NCBI GenBank assembly: GCA_013265495.1
Contig: MU057560.1
Coordinates: forward strand, 2,232,909 to 2,296,908
Source of the DNA: Vicugna vicugna
Lineage: Eukaryota
Direction of reading: 5' to 3'
DNA length: 64,000 nt
Both the position numbers and the translations under genes were made by a program. This document shows, piece after piece, positions 61,978-64,000 of this stretch. The notes under the pieces were generated by a model that did not search any database, had not been told where the DNA came from, and worked only from the letters and a program-made list of their open reading frames with translations. The number at the start of each line of letters is the position of its first letter. Position 1 is the stretch's first letter.

Positions 61978-62430
61978 GTGGAAGTGGTGGTGATGGGTCA
62001 CAGGTGCCCAGACCCGCGGTCGGACGTTGTCCTGGGCGTGTCTGTCTGCAGGTGTTCCTGGGTGAGACTGACACTTGGTCAGTGGCCCGAATAAAGCAGG
62101 TGGCCCTTCCAGGGTGGGGCCCGCCCCATCCGCTGAGGCTGAATAGAGCCACAGGGGTTAGAAGGGAGAGTTGGTCCCCTCGGCCCGGCTGCCGGGTTGG
62201 GACATGGGTCTCCTCCTTCCTTTGGGCTCAGACTCAGAATGGAGCTCACGCCACTGGCTCTCCTGGTTCTAAGGCCTTTGGATTCAGACCGGGACTCGTA
62301 CCGTCGGGGCTCCTGGATCACCAGGTAGCCAGCTGGACTTTTCAACCTCCAAAACCATGTCAGTTCAACTCCTTACACACGCGTATCTCGCCTATTGGCT
62401 CTGTTTCTCTGGAGAACCCAGACTAGCGCA
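61978..62430 (+). mobile_element. MLT2 (ERVL) LTR
   Basis: ggtgcccaga..aataaagcag..ctgaataga..terminal cctattggctctgtttctctggagaacccagacta. Confidence 0.85.
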
Positions 62431-62529
62431 GAAGTGAGCATTTCCCATTTAAAACTTCTAATGACTTGACTGTTTGTGTATAAATAATAATACATATTAT
62501 GAAAACAATCAAGTAACATAGATGAGAAC

Positions 62530-63320
62530 AGAAATGAGAGCCAAAAACGTTGCTTAATATCCTCAAATACTATTCTAAGGCTGAGAAAAATATTATGAAA
62601 CATTCAATAAGACACTGGAATTACTGTATTTTTAACTCTGTGCTTTAATTTTAGATATCATCGACTGCTGGCTACGAAGGGTGAGAGAATGAACACTCAC
62701 AATTCTTGCCAAACTCCCCCCACCCCGAGGCTTGTGTTTATAATGCTATTGTTTTAATATTGTTAAGGCTCCTAACATTTGCAGAATCTCCACAGTTGTT
62801 TAATATTACGTTCATAGCTGTGATAAGACCAACAGTATAAATAGTCGTTTGTGAGTGTCTTAAAGATTGTGGAGAAAGAATTTCTTCCTCATTTTCAGGG
62901 CAATTTTTCTGTTCGTATTTTACTATCATTTGCAAGCGTTTACTTCTTACGTTCGAGTTTCAAAGGCTGCCTCTGAGCCAGTAAACTGAGTTCCATGCTG
63001 GCTCTGTGAGTAGCGGTGTGTACTATCTGACTACTATTATATTAGATGTGTCGTTATATGCATCGCGATTTCCCCGGAAATCCTTCTGAAGTGATTCATA
63101 TGATTTCCTTGGCTAATTCTGTCAGGTCACTGACTTTTCCATTTTTCTCTTACTCCTTGGAGCGCAGGCTGCCTGCAGTAAGTACATCCACGCGAACCGG
63201 GGAGATGTTCTATTTATTTGGGGAGTGATAACAAGAGCAAGCACCAACTTTCCCACATTGGGCTGCAACAGCACTGCTGTTTTTCCGGGAAATCATCAAA
63301 GGTCACAAGTGGCATTTTAC
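62530..63320 (-). mobile_element. Probable degraded L1 fragments
   Basis: AT-rich with weak antisense L1 resemblance. Confidence 0.3.
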
Positions 63321-64000
63321 TTGTTAATTTTAACAAAAACACTAGCATCACTGAGGACGCGGTATGATTTGAGCAGACTGTTTCTAAATCTCGGCGCAGT
63401 CTTGACGTCCAGCTCTTTCCGAGCCAGTTAGGAAGGTGTCCAGCTGCAGGTGATGCCCCCGGAGCAGAGGCGTCAGGAAGCAAGGACGTGTCCCCGACAG
63501 AAGGCAGGGGCGGATGCTGTGCGCCTGCGGCAGCGGACCTGCTGGTCCTCCTGGGTCCCGGGTTTTCTGTCGTTATGTTTCCTTTGTCCTCACACTTGTC
63601 CCCGCGTGGTCCCACTTTGGTGCCTGCAGCTTCAGCCGCCTCGGCTGCGTTCTAGGTGTCCGTACGTTGAAGCTTTGTAGTAAGAGTGAATGGTTCAGAC
63701 AAGCACTGCGAGCTTCAGAGGGATGGCACCGCGTGCCCGGATCACAGAGCCGGAGGGCTGCAGAGCTTGTCAGCGACGCCGGATGCGTCTCATTCAAAGC
63801 CCAAGCTCCCCGCTCTACCCCCTGGCTCTGAGGAGCGCGTGTGAGTCCCGGGCTCTCGTCCACGACGTGCAGACTGCGGAAGGGAGGGTGGGCCCAGCGA
63901 GGCAGGGGAGGGCTGGGAAGGACTTCGAGTTCCCCGTGCCCGGCGGGCACTTTCCCTCCTGTGCCGTCTCTCCAGTCTTCCAGCGTGCTCTTGGGTTATT

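Noticed and set aside
1..64000. Prokaryotic genes, operons or defence systems from the ORF track
   Set aside because: The DNA is mammalian (L1, MIR, MLT, SINEs). ORFs are short, overlap in all frames, are rich in Pro/Gly/Arg/Ala and match no family I recognise.

Overview
This is mammalian genomic DNA, not prokaryotic. It is GC- and CpG-rich, of the subtelomeric type, and mostly non-coding. Five tRNA-derived SINEs resembling the camelid Vic-1 family, together with the absence of recognisable Alu, Bov-tA or PRE-1 elements, suggest camel, llama or alpaca (inference). I recognise no known protein-coding gene; the ORF track is explained by GC content, simple repeats and decayed L1 ORF2. Supported features are L1 fragments (one nested with target-site duplications, one possibly inverted), a solo ERV LTR, MaLR/ERVL LTRs, MER20- and MER2-like DNA transposons, MIR/L2 remnants, micro- and minisatellites and three CpG-island-like patches. 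Repeat family names come from remembered consensus sequences, not a database search. The best leads are: (1) a phase-compatible chain of six candidate + strand exons at 31.6-54.1 kb; (2) an indel-free 56-unit hexamer array with possible coding-like variation; (3) strong AT-to-GC drift in old L1 copies, suggesting GC-biased gene conversion; (4) several small duplications that multiply or create transcription-factor motifs. I cannot support a claim of a new biological system from sequence alone.
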